A stretch of DNA of 37,263 nucleotides, from NCBI GenBank assembly GCA_043732365.1, contig JAYTHT010000210.1:1-37263 (forward strand). Direction: 5' to 3'. The DNA comes from Novosphingobium sp. GTDB lineage: Bacteria > Pseudomonadota > Alphaproteobacteria > Sphingomonadales > Sphingomonadaceae. Both the position numbers and the translations under genes were made by a program. This document shows, piece by piece, positions 25,317-34,649 of this stretch (positions within the stretch are counted from its first letter, which is position 1; each line of letters begins with the position of its first letter). Below the pieces are notes generated by a model that was not told where the DNA came from, ran no database searches, and was given only the letters and a program-made list of their open reading frames with translations.

Positions 25317-27383
25317 GTGAACGACACGACGATTGCACAAAACCAGTACGGCGCAGACCGATTGCCGCGCCGCACCCGCATATTACGCTGGGTGGCAGGC
25401 ATCGTGCTCGCGCTGATAGTGCTCGTATTCGGCGTGTGGCTGGTGCTGTTCATCACCAAAGGACGGTTCCTGAAACCGTACTTTGAAAAAATTGCATCGT
25501 CCCGGCTCCACCGCCCGGTCAAAGTCACTGGTGATTTCAATCTGTATTTCGCCCCGTTCAATGTGGCGTTTCTCGCCGATGGCCTGGGTGTCGCCAATGT
25601 CTCCTGGGCGCCGCAGTCCGATTTCCTCGACGCGCGCCACATCGCGCTGACCGTCCGCACCTGGCCGCTGCTGTGGGGACAACACAAAATTGCGGTGGCG
25701 GACATCGACGGCGCGAATGTTGCACTCCTGTGGGACGCGGACCATCTCCATAACAATTGGACATTCGACGATCCCAACGCTCCGCCAAGCCCTTTCGAAA
25801 TGCCCAATATCGAACGCGGCACGATCACCGACACTCATCTCAGCTACGCCGATCCAAAAGCGCAGTTGGCGCTCAAAGTCGACATTCACCCGGTCGCCGC
25901 AGTCAATTCGCAAATCGACCGTGCGGTCGGTTTTTCCGGCACGGGCAGTCTACGCCGGAAACCGGTACGCTTTTCCGGCCGCGTCGATAACGCCGATCAA
26001 ATGCTGCACGCCGGATCGTCAAATGTAGTGCTCCACGGCGAGGCTGCGGATACGACGATCGATGCCTCTGGGGAAATGCCCGGGATCAGCGACATTTTTG
26101 CAGGCCATTACCATCTCGCGGTGCGCGGCGCGAACATGTCAAACCTGTTCGATTTCATCGGCGTGGTGGTCGTTCCGACACGCAAATACCATTTGGTGAC
26201 TGATGTCGCGCGCAACGCTGGCACTTGGGTTTTTTCGGGCATCAAAGGTGTGTTTGGCGACAGCGATCTGGCCGGTCAGATGGAACTGGCGATGGTCCAC
26301 GACCGCCTGCGCCTTGGCGCCGATCTGCACACCAGATCGCTTGATCTGCTCGATGCTGCGCCGTTCATCGGTTACGATCCCAAACGGCTGGATGCACTGG
26401 GCACAAAGGGCCTCATCATGCGCGAAAATGGGCATCCCCGTATTTTGCCCGATGCGCCCTTGCGCTCGGAAGCATTGCGCGAGTTTGACGCCGATGTGCG
26501 CTATCGGGTCGGCGAAATTTCGACCAAAGGCTTTCCCGTCGGGCAAATCGATCTGACTTTGCATCTCGATCACGGCGAGATGACTCTGAAACCGGTCTCG
26601 GCGGTGGTTGCAACGGGCAAACTGGACGGCAGCTTTGTGCTCAATGCGCGCGCGGCAAATGTGATCACCGACTATCAATTGCGCCTCCACCCCACCCCGA
26701 TGGGCAAGCTGCTGTCTCGGTTCGGCGTCGAAGAGGCTGGCACCAACGGCACCGTGTCTGCCCGTGTCGCGCTGCACGGCGTGGGCAACAGCTTGCGCGA
26801 AAGCCTGGGCCATGCCGACGGCCGGATGGTCGCGATCATCCCGTCTGGGACGATGTGGGCGCGCAATATCCAATTGGCCGAACTCGATATCGGCACGTTC
26901 ATCCAGCGCATGTTCCAGAAAAAGCTAAAGGATCCGGTGCAGATCAATTGCGGTCTGGTTGGCTTCACGGTCCGCAATGGTATTTCTACCGCAGATCCCA
27001 TTCTGATCGACACCAAAAAGAACGTGATGACCGGGCGCGGCGACTTCAGCTTTCGCGATGAATCGATCGATCTCTCGATAAGAGCCAAAGGCAAGACGTT
27101 CAGCCTGTTTTCGCTGCAATCGCCGATCGGCGTGGGCGGCTATCTGGCCGAACCCCATCTCAAGCTGGTTTCGCCGCAATTGGTCGAACGCGGCGGCGCC
27201 GCTATTGCGCTGGCCGTGGTGGCAACCCCGGTGGCAGCACTGCTCGCCTTCATCGATCCTGGCAATGGCAAAGCTGCGGCGTGCGGCCCGGTTCTGGCGG
27301 GCGCCAACGCCGCGGCCCAACGCACCACAAAGGGCCAACCGCGCAAGGATGTGGAAACGCCAAGGCATCGAGTAAAGCATTGA
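25317..27383 (+). CDS. AsmA family protein (YhjG-like)
   Basis: N-terminal TM anchor, NNWTF, G..GDSDLAG, INC and ILIDT motifs; 688 aa. Confidence 0.85.
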   Translation: MNDTTIAQNQYGADRLPRRTRILRWVAGIVLALIVLVFGVWLVLFITKGRFLKPYFEKIASSRLHRPVKVTGDFNLYFAPFNVAFLADGLGVANVSWAPQSDFLDARHIALTVRTWPLLWGQHKIAVADIDGANVALLWDADHLHNNWTFDDPNAPPSPFEMPNIERGTITDTHLSYADPKAQLALKVDIHPVAAVNSQIDRAVGFSGTGSLRRKPVRFSGRVDNADQMLHAGSSNVVLHGEAADTTIDASGEMPGISDIFAGHYHLAVRGANMSNLFDFIGVVVVPTRKYHLVTDVARNAGTWVFSGIKGVFGDSDLAGQMELAMVHDRLRLGADLHTRSLDLLDAAPFIGYDPKRLDALGTKGLIMRENGHPRILPDAPLRSEALREFDADVRYRVGEISTKGFPVGQIDLTLHLDHGEMTLKPVSAVVATGKLDGSFVLNARAANVITDYQLRLHPTPMGKLLSRFGVEEAGTNGTVSARVALHGVGNSLRESLGHADGRMVAIIPSGTMWARNIQLAELDIGTFIQRMFQKKLKDPVQINCGLVGFTVRNGISTADPILIDTKKNVMTGRGDFSFRDESIDLSIRAKGKTFSLFSLQSPIGVGGYLAEPHLKLVSPQLVERGGAAIALAVVATPVAALLAFIDPGNGKAAACGPVLAGANAAAQRTTKGQPRKDVETPRHRVKH

Positions 27384-27411
27384 GCAAAGCATTGATATCG
27401 CGCGCGTGAAC

Positions 27412-27436
27412 GGAACCTTTGCGGCGCCGGCGCATT
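27412..27436 (+). promoter_or_regulatory. EcfG-type promoter
   Basis: GGAAC-N16-CATT. Confidence 0.6.
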
Positions 27437-27502
27437 CATTAGCAGAGGTGAATGGGCCGCACCTGCACGGCGCGATCAAGCCCGCTTCCTCAGGAGCATC
27501 TT

Positions 27503-27841
27503 GTGAACCAACCGACCGACACGCAACCCGGTGTGACAACACAACAGGATAGCCTCGCGCAAACGGCACCCGACCCGCGCGCGCACTACGACAGCCCGGA
27601 AAGTTTGGCCGAAGATAGCACGCTCAATATCGAACAGCGTGAAGTGCTGCTTCGCGAATGGAAATATGATCTGGAACAGCGGCTGGGCGCCGTGTCCGAG
27701 GGCATGGCTGCATCGACCCCGGGACACGCGCCCGATCAGGCACAACTGTCAGCGGAACTGCGCCGCGCAACGCAGGCGTGGGACACTGTCGCCGGCGAAG
27801 TAAAGCTCGCCGCAGTCACAAACCCGACCGGGCGATCATAA
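27503..27841 (+). CDS. Hypothetical (stress-associated) protein
   Basis: AGGAG RBS plus GTG; YDSPESLAED..L....REVLLREW core. Confidence 0.65.
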   Translation: MNQPTDTQPGVTTQQDSLAQTAPDPRAHYDSPESLAEDSTLNIEQREVLLREWKYDLEQRLGAVSEGMAASTPGHAPDQAQLSAELRRATQAWDTVAGEVKLAAVTNPTGRS

Positions 27842-27871
27842 ACTGAGCTTAAGCATATCAAGGATTTGGCA

Positions 27872-28117
27872 ATGACAAAGATGATGCAGGCGTTTGTGGC
27901 AGTGCCGATTTCGGAAGCCATTGGCAGGGCATTTGGTGGTAATACGATGTTGGGTGTTGGCGCGGCACTCGTGACCGCCCGGCTGGTCATGCGATCATTT
28001 CCCGGAATGCTGTTACTTGGCGTCGTTGCTGGCGGGCTGAATTATATGCACACCAAGAAAATCGCTGACGATGCCGAAAAGTCCAAATCTTTAGACAAAC
28101 CCCCTATAACGGTGTGA
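27872..28117 (+). CDS. Small hypothetical membrane protein
   Basis: AAGGA RBS; Gly-rich hydrophobic segments with a charged tail. Confidence 0.6.
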   Translation: MTKMMQAFVAVPISEAIGRAFGGNTMLGVGAALVTARLVMRSFPGMLLLGVVAGGLNYMHTKKIADDAEKSKSLDKPPITV

Positions 28118-28398
28118 CAACACGCCGCAACAACCTTGCAGAAATACGCGGGCGTCGGGTTGCGCAGCAAACGATTTCGGCGCGCAGCCCGATTGCATAT
28201 GTGAATCTTGTGCACAACGCCGCAACGCGGGTTGTCACGCGGCCGGTATTTCGCGACCGTTTTAATTTACTAAAGCGCAAAACGCAAAGACACATATAGC
28301 TTGAGTGGTATAATAAGTATTTACGTAACAGATACTTGCTATCAAGGCCGGGTGGGTGTTCCACCAAAGGTTTGATACGCAAGGTCGCAGGAGGGAGC

Positions 28399-28791
28399 AT
28401 GGGCAGTCAGATCATCTTGGTGGTCGAAGATGAGGTGCTAATCCGGATGCTGATGGCCGAAATCCTGCGGGACAAGGGCTATCAGGTGGTCGAGGCGGCA
28501 TGCGGCGACGAGGGGATCGCAATTCTGCTTTCAGGGCAAGTGGTCGACCTGATCATCACGGATGTGCGCATGCCGGGACAAATCGATGGCGTGGCCTTGG
28601 CGACTTATTCAAAAACGGCGAACCCGGTCCGCCCTGTGGTGATCATGTCCACACACCTGCCAGCAACAGACGCCGCCATCGCCGACGAATTTATTTCGAA
28701 GCCCTACGTCCCATCGATGTTACTACGGGCGATCGACAAATTGATCGGGCAACCATGGCATACTCCACCACGCAACCAGTCAGCATTATAA
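28399..28791 (+). CDS. Single-domain response regulator
   Basis: LVVEDE, ITDVRMPG, IMS and SKPY motifs. GGAGGGAG RBS. Confidence 0.9.
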   Translation: MGSQIILVVEDEVLIRMLMAEILRDKGYQVVEAACGDEGIAILLSGQVVDLIITDVRMPGQIDGVALATYSKTANPVRPVVIMSTHLPATDAAIADEFISKPYVPSMLLRAIDKLIGQPWHTPPRNQSAL

Positions 28792-29150
28792 TCGCCGATA
28801 GCGAAGTTATCATTCGCAATGTGCTGTCAGACTATCTGCGGCAATGCGGCTACAAAGTGATCGATGCAGCCAGCTCGGACGAAGTCGTTGAAATCCTCGT
28901 CGACCGCGCCACCTCGATCAGCGCAATTTTGAGCGATTCCGATCTTGGCGGATCAATGAACGCCTTTTCGCTGCGCTTTTGGGTGCGAGAGAAACGGCCC
29001 GATATCGAATTCGTTCTGGCTGGTAATGTCGATGTCGCGGCCAAAGCGGCTGGCGAATTGTGCGACGTCGGCCCGCATCTAAAACGTCCCTATGATCCGC
29101 AACTGGTGCTCGCCCACATCAAACAACTGCTGGCCGCCGCCCGCAAATAA
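28755..29150 (+). CDS. Atypical single-domain receiver protein
   Basis: IIADSE, ILSD, VLAG (no Thr/Ser) and LKRPY; overlaps the previous gene. Confidence 0.75.
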   Translation: MAYSTTQPVSIIIADSEVIIRNVLSDYLRQCGYKVIDAASSDEVVEILVDRATSISAILSDSDLGGSMNAFSLRFWVREKRPDIEFVLAGNVDVAAKAAGELCDVGPHLKRPYDPQLVLAHIKQLLAAARK

Positions 29151-29165
29151 CTGCCTCCCCAGATG

Positions 29166-30485
29166 CTATCGCATCAATGCCAGCAGATCATCGACCCGCG
29201 TCGTGGCAAATCCTACTGCAATATCGGATATGCCATACGGAATCAGTAGCCTGTCGGTGCCCAGCTTCATCGCCCCGCACGTATAAACGACGTTGGGCAC
29301 ATACCCCGCGCGGTCGGCATCTTCGGCGGTCAGGATCGGTTCGGGCGTGCGTGCGATCACACGGCTGGGATCATCGCGATCCAGCAGTGCACAGCCAAGC
29401 GCATATTTGCGCATCGCACCCACGCCATGCGTGATCACCAGCCAGCCGGCATCGGTCAGGATCGGGCTGCCGCAATTGCCGATCTGAATCAATTCCCACG
29501 GATATTTCGGCCCCATCAGCAATGTGCCGTCATCATCCCAGCTATCCAGGCTATCCGACCGCAGCAGATACAGGTTTTTGCCGTCCTGTCGCCCGATCAT
29601 CATATATTGACCATCGATTTTCTGCGGGAACAGCGCCATGCCCTTGTTGCGACCGGCGCGGCCCTTGATCGGCTCGAGCTCGAATGTGATGAAATCGCGC
29701 GTGCGCAGCAATTCCGATCGGATCGAATGGCCCGAATAGGCGGTGTACGTGCCCAACCATTCATAATCGCCATCGCCATGGTCGAACTGGACCAGACGCA
29801 GATCTTCCAGTCCGTTGGCCTGCTGGTCGGTAATCGGGAAAATCACTGTGTTTGACAGGCTGCTTTCCGGGTGACGCTCGACCACCACAGTGCAATCCTG
29901 ATCGTCGCGCTCACACGTGTCCGATCGCTGGACGCTGGTCGCAAACGCGGTTTCCGGCCACAAGTCAAAACTGCCATCGATATTGGCAATGCCTTCGCGA
30001 AACGCGATCGAACTGATGTGACCTTCGCCAACCGCGCGCAGTGACAGAATAAACCGCACCGACCCGCCCTCCATGCCCGACTGGTCGGGATGTGGAACGA
30101 TCGACGGGTTCATCAATGCCGCAGCGGCATACGTGTATTCGTGGCAGAAATAGGCGCCGATCAGTTTACGCCGCTGCGCCGAAAAATTGCGGCTTGCCAG
30201 ATTGAGACTGACCTCGACTTCGAGATAGCGCGTCTCGAAAATATGTTCGGTCTGCCAATGCCGGTTCTGAAAATCATGCAGCACAACGCCATATTCGTGC
30301 ACCACTTGCGCATCACTTAGCGCCGCAATGTCGTTGACCAGGGCCATTGCGCGGTTTTGCGGGGCTGCTGCGGCCTGCCAGCCGAGGTGGAATGGTCGTA
30401 TTACGACTCTAGACGGATCTGCGCGCAATCTCTGGGGCAGAATGCGTATCGGGTTTTGGGTCTTGCCCTTCAGCTTGGTCGCCAA
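29166..30485 (-). CDS. Glycoside hydrolase family 130 protein
   Basis: AALMNPS, GLEDLRL, NKGMALFP, IGNCG and GYVPNVVYTCG motifs. TTG start inferred. Confidence 0.88.
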   Translation of the reverse strand: MATKLKGKTQNPIRILPQRLRADPSRVVIRPFHLGWQAAAAPQNRAMALVNDIAALSDAQVVHEYGVVLHDFQNRHWQTEHIFETRYLEVEVSLNLASRNFSAQRRKLIGAYFCHEYTYAAAALMNPSIVPHPDQSGMEGGSVRFILSLRAVGEGHISSIAFREGIANIDGSFDLWPETAFATSVQRSDTCERDDQDCTVVVERHPESSLSNTVIFPITDQQANGLEDLRLVQFDHGDGDYEWLGTYTAYSGHSIRSELLRTRDFITFELEPIKGRAGRNKGMALFPQKIDGQYMMIGRQDGKNLYLLRSDSLDSWDDDGTLLMGPKYPWELIQIGNCGSPILTDAGWLVITHGVGAMRKYALGCALLDRDDPSRVIARTPEPILTAEDADRAGYVPNVVYTCGAMKLGTDRLLIPYGISDIAVGFATTRVDDLLALMR

Positions 30486-32805
30486 GTTCCGTCCTCGTAG
30501 AAATCTCAAATCGCGTTGTGCGCAATAGCGCGGATAAACTGTAATGGCCAAGTTGAAACGCGAGAATGGACTCCGCGCCGGTATTTTCATTGCGCCCGCG
30601 CGGCGTGATCCCGTCGCGGCACCGCCCTGTGGTCAGGTCGGCCAGGACAACACCGCGATCATTCGCGCCGAAAAACCACTGATACGTCTGTTCGGCCAGT
30701 TTGATCCACCGCACATCGCGCGTCGCAATCCACGCGCTATATGACGCTTCGATTGCGGCTTGCGCTTCCAACGGTTGCTGGTCGAACGGCTTCCATTCGC
30801 TGTGCAGATCAAAGCTTTCCGAACCGATCGGGCGGAATGTGCCCAGCGCACTCGTCTGGCACTGGCTGATCCACGTCAGCGTTTCAATACCGGTTGCAAC
30901 CCAGGCTTTTTGCCTCAGCTGCGTGCCACCCTCGATCAGCGCCTGGCACAGCCGCGGATTGTCATAGCCAAGCACGGCCTCAAACCACGCCCAACCAGCC
31001 CGGCACCGGGTCTTGACCAGATTGGCCAGCATTTCGCAGCTGTGCATAATAATATCGCGCGCAACGGAAATCGCATTCGCGGCTTGCGGGTGATCCGATC
31101 GCATGACGGCCAGCGCCCCCAGCGCGGCAAATGCCATCGAGCGTGGGCTGGTCAATTCCTCCATCGCGCCCGCGACTTCGCTAAACAAACGCAACGCCCA
31201 ATCGCGCATTTCGGGCAGTGGGCTGCGCTCGATCGTATGGCCCAGCGCCCATAGCGCGCGACCATTGGAATCCTCTGATCCCACGTCTTCGCACCAGGTC
31301 CGGTCGAACCGCATAAAGTTCCGGAACCGGCGTTCATCCGGGTTCCAGGCATATTGGACAAACGACGCATACGTCGTTGACCAGCCCAGAACCTCGGCTT
31401 CGCTCAACCCGCTGGCAACATTCATCAGCATCAGCGCGCGCGCGTTGTCATCCAGGCAATAGCCGTGGCGCCGGTCGGGCACCACACCTATCGAATGTTG
31501 AAATATGCCGGTGGCATCGCTCATCGCCCACACGGCATTCAGCCCAGGCAATGCTGTGGGTGAAACCGGCTTTGGCACTGGCGTATACGTGTTGCGCACC
31601 AGTTGCGCGCTGGCTTGCGCAAAATGCGTCCAGATCGTCCGCCGACCGCGCGCATAGGCCCGCTTTTGCGTCGCAAATAGCGTTTCGGGATTGTCCAGCA
31701 AACCATTGATCGCATCAGCAATCGCCTGCGGCGAATTCGCCTCGATCAGGCAGCCAACACCGTCGGCCAGCAATTCGCGCGCATGGACGTATGGCGTCGA
31801 AACGACAGCCTTGCCTAATGCTACGGCATAACTGAGCGTTCCCGACGTCGATTGATCCATGTTCAGGTACGGCGTCACGTAGATATCGCAGGCTTCCAGT
31901 TGCTGAAGCAGATCGTCGATGCCCAGAAAGCTGTTTTCCCAAACGATATGTTCGCCCACGCCCAATGCATCGGCCTGCGCGATCAGTTGTTCGCGATAAC
32001 ATTCGCCTTCGCGCGCCCACAGCACAGGATGCGTCGCGCCTAGAATGCGATAAACCACTTCAGGATGCTGTTCGATAATCGCCGGCATCGCGGCAATCGC
32101 CTGTTCGATCCCCTTGTCGGGACCGAGCAAGCCAAATGTGGTCATCACTTTGCGCCCGGCCAGCCCCATGCGCGCTTTGGCCGCCTCTGCGGTGCCGAAC
32201 GGACGCTCTGGCGCACCATGTTCGATGATTTCGATGATCTCAGGATTGGCGCGATAGTTTCCCACCATCAGGTCGAGCCCGTGCTGTGACATGACCATGA
32301 TCCGCGCAGAACGCGACACCAGATGATCGACGATCGCGCGCTGGCCCTGCGACGGGGAAGACAAAACGGTATGGAATGTCGTGACAACCGGCGCCGCTAC
32401 GCGATCGATCAATTCGGAAATAAACGCGCCATCACGCCCGCCATAAATCCCGAATTCATGCTGGACCCACACAACATCTGCGGCGCTTTCGTTGATCGTG
32501 CGCGCTATTCGGCAATAATCTTCGACATGTTCGGCACGGATAACATTGATATCGCGGTCATAAATCAAGTCGGACCCTTCGACGTCCATCGCGTAAACGT
32601 CGATCTGGATCTCGGGAAAATACATGGCCAGCTTTTCGCGGATATCGGCGGTGAATGTCGCAATACCGCAACTGCGCGGCGCGTAGCTGCCGATCAGGGC
32701 CACCCGCAATGCGCTGGCGTCGTTGCCACCTTCGCCAAATAGTCGGACAACCACGTTTCCGGCTGGAGTAGGCGCGCTGCTTGTAAGGTCTATTTTGCCA
32801 TTCAT
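30409..32805 (-). CDS. GT4 glycosyltransferase with C-terminal glycosidase-like helical domain
   Basis: PRSCGIATF, QHEFGIYGG, FGLLGPDKG and SGTLSYA motifs; C-terminal GYCLDDNARAL, YDN, FDQQP and GAES. Confidence 0.88.
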   Translation of the reverse strand: MNGKIDLTSSAPTPAGNVVVRLFGEGGNDASALRVALIGSYAPRSCGIATFTADIREKLAMYFPEIQIDVYAMDVEGSDLIYDRDINVIRAEHVEDYCRIARTINESAADVVWVQHEFGIYGGRDGAFISELIDRVAAPVVTTFHTVLSSPSQGQRAIVDHLVSRSARIMVMSQHGLDLMVGNYRANPEIIEIIEHGAPERPFGTAEAAKARMGLAGRKVMTTFGLLGPDKGIEQAIAAMPAIIEQHPEVVYRILGATHPVLWAREGECYREQLIAQADALGVGEHIVWENSFLGIDDLLQQLEACDIYVTPYLNMDQSTSGTLSYAVALGKAVVSTPYVHARELLADGVGCLIEANSPQAIADAINGLLDNPETLFATQKRAYARGRRTIWTHFAQASAQLVRNTYTPVPKPVSPTALPGLNAVWAMSDATGIFQHSIGVVPDRRHGYCLDDNARALMLMNVASGLSEAEVLGWSTTYASFVQYAWNPDERRFRNFMRFDRTWCEDVGSEDSNGRALWALGHTIERSPLPEMRDWALRLFSEVAGAMEELTSPRSMAFAALGALAVMRSDHPQAANAISVARDIIMHSCEMLANLVKTRCRAGWAWFEAVLGYDNPRLCQALIEGGTQLRQKAWVATGIETLTWISQCQTSALGTFRPIGSESFDLHSEWKPFDQQPLEAQAAIEASYSAWIATRDVRWIKLAEQTYQWFFGANDRGVVLADLTTGRCRDGITPRGRNENTGAESILAFQLGHYSLSALLRTTRFEISTRTELGDQAEGQDPKPDTHSAPEIARRSV

Positions 32806-32840
32806 GGAATCGTGCCCCTTTGTTGGGATCCGGAATTTGA

Positions 32841-32865
32841 AATGGCTCAAACCGGCTGATGTTCC
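32841..32865 (-). promoter_or_regulatory. EcfG-type promoter (GT4-GH130 operon)
   Basis: GGAAC-N16-CATT, ending 36 nt before ATG 32805. Confidence 0.65.
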
Positions 32866-33123
32866 TTAGCGACCGCCATATTGCGGGACGCAAAACGGCA
32901 TATGAGTCGCCGGAGCAAAGCCAACTTGCTCAATTACCACACTATGCGCGAGGCTTTTATCATTTTGTTATTAATAGGGTTTTTTCAAAACCTGCCGTTG
33001 GGAAACTTGCGCTTGTGGCCTGGTGGGATCGCAATCTATTTGCGCTGCACTGCAAACATTTGCAGAAATCGCATTGTTGCAGGCTTGCACCGACAAACCA
33101 ATCCGGCGCAATGAAACGCGAAT

Positions 33124-33315
33124 TTATTTACGCACGGCCTTTGCCAGCGTCGCCATCAATTTCTTGATTTCATCTGGAATCGGCTCGGCCGCGATGGAAT
33201 TATAATAGGCCTTGATATCCTTGTTCCATTCGGTCTTGTCCGGCCGGCCGCAATTTTTCTGATCAGGCCGCTTTTCCGGAAGCGGTTTGAGGGGATCAGA
33301 CACTGATAAATCCAA
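33124..33315 (-). CDS. nepR: NepR anti-sigma factor
   Basis: W...IKAYYNSIAAEPIPDEIKKLMATL matches the NepR core. Adjacent to phyR; GGAAC-N16-AATT at 33406-33382. Confidence 0.78.
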   Translation of the reverse strand: MDLSVSDPLKPLPEKRPDQKNCGRPDKTEWNKDIKAYYNSIAAEPIPDEIKKLMATLAKAVRK

Positions 33316-33458
33316 TCGCTAGAATATGTTGCATATTGAATACCTGTCAGCTTGGTTGGTCAGTCCAAGGTCGCCGAATTTAATTGCCGTAGATGGGGAA
33401 TGTTCCTGCGGCCTGCTTGGCGTGACACAGGTGTCGTCGGTTGGAACAGTCCACAAAA

Positions 33459-34238
33459 TCACTCGACCAAATTTGCGCCAAAGAACAGTGCCTGACTGAT
33501 TGTAGTTTTAACAGTATCCTCGCGAAAAGGTTTCGTTATCAGGAACGCCGGTTCGTGACCTCCGCCCGTCAGGAATTTTTGCGGGAAGCCCGTGATGAAA
33601 ATCACCGGTACGGTTTCTATCCGCAAAATTGCATCGACCGCATCGATTCCCGAACTGCCATCGGCCAACTGGACATCGCTCAACACCAGCGTGGGCCGAT
33701 GCTGTTCATACAGGGCGCGCGCCTCGGTCGCGGTCGTAGCATTGCCGACAATCTCGTGACCGCTTTGCCTGACGATGTCTTCCAGATGGCTGGCAATCAA
33801 CGGCTCGTCCTCGATAATCAGTACCCGCGCCGGCGCTTCGCGCGAAATGTCGTCGAGCGCTTCATTGACCAGATCGCCGGCTTCAGCCTCGCTGACATTC
33901 AAAATCTCGGCAGTCTCCGCCAACGAAAATTCTTCCAACTGGTTCAGCAGCAGCGCCTGGCGTTGAAAGCTCGGTACGCGCGCCAATTGCGACACGCTCA
34001 GCTGCGACAAAGCGGTTGGCGATGTGTCTCCCTGCGGATCGACCGAACTCCACATTGCCGAAAACGCACGAAACAGCCCGGTCTGGTTGGCCGAAATCTG
34101 ATCCAGCGTCTGCTTGTCTTCCAGCGCGGCTTCCAGCGTGGCGCGCACGAGCGCGTCGCCGGTCGTCTGCGACCCCGTCGCGGCCCTGGCATAACGGCGA
34201 AGGAATGGCAGTATTTCCGCCAGACGATTGGCGCTCAT
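33459..34238 (-). CDS. phyR: PhyR anti-anti-sigma response regulator
   Basis: Sigma-like LPFLRRYARA..G....GD plus C-terminal receiver IIEDEPLIA, DVQLADGSSG, FITGFP, EPAFLITKPF. Start could be as far upstream as 34355. Confidence 0.92.
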   Translation of the reverse strand: MSANRLAEILPFLRRYARAATGSQTTGDALVRATLEAALEDKQTLDQISANQTGLFRAFSAMWSSVDPQGDTSPTALSQLSVSQLARVPSFQRQALLLNQLEEFSLAETAEILNVSEAEAGDLVNEALDDISREAPARVLIIEDEPLIASHLEDIVRQSGHEIVGNATTATEARALYEQHRPTLVLSDVQLADGSSGIDAVDAILRIETVPVIFITGFPQKFLTGGGHEPAFLITKPFREDTVKTTISQALFFGANLVE

Positions 34239-34451
34239 CTGGTCACCGGCGCCCTGATCGCTTGCTGAAAGGTCCATTTGGGATTGGGTCATCTGGGCCT
34301 GCTTGGAAGATGCTGAATCCGTAGGTGACTGATTGGAAATCGGTAGCATCAACATATCCTAGGACTGCGGAAAAAACCATTCGCGCAATGAGTGGGCCGG
34401 GCGTATAAACAACGCATGCCATACCTGCCTTACGGGCTAGCTGTCGAATCG

Positions 34452-34476
34452 AATGCATGAGGCGGACGCCAGTTCC
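34452..34476 (-). promoter_or_regulatory. EcfG-type promoter (phyR)
   Basis: GGAAC-N16-CATT. Confidence 0.65.
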
Positions 34477-34579
34477 AAACGCCAGGTAAAAAAATTTTCG
34501 CCTTCATGATGTCCGACGATTGTGAATCCAGCGAATTTGATCAGAGCAAAAATAATTTGAAGTTTTTTCGTCGCAGCGT

Positions 34580-34604
34580 GGAACTAACGATTTGTTGAGG
34601 CATT
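34580..34604 (+). promoter_or_regulatory. EcfG-type autoregulatory promoter (ecfG)
   Basis: GGAAC-N16-CATT. Confidence 0.65.
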
Positions 34605-34649
34605 TCGGCCCACGCAAGATAGAATTTGCAACGCACCGGAGAGAAAACC

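Noticed and set aside
32870-33120. AT-rich gap with short ORFs and a TGCAAA-CA-TTTGCA palindrome
   Set aside because: No recognisable protein or RNA signature; the palindrome is short enough to be chance.
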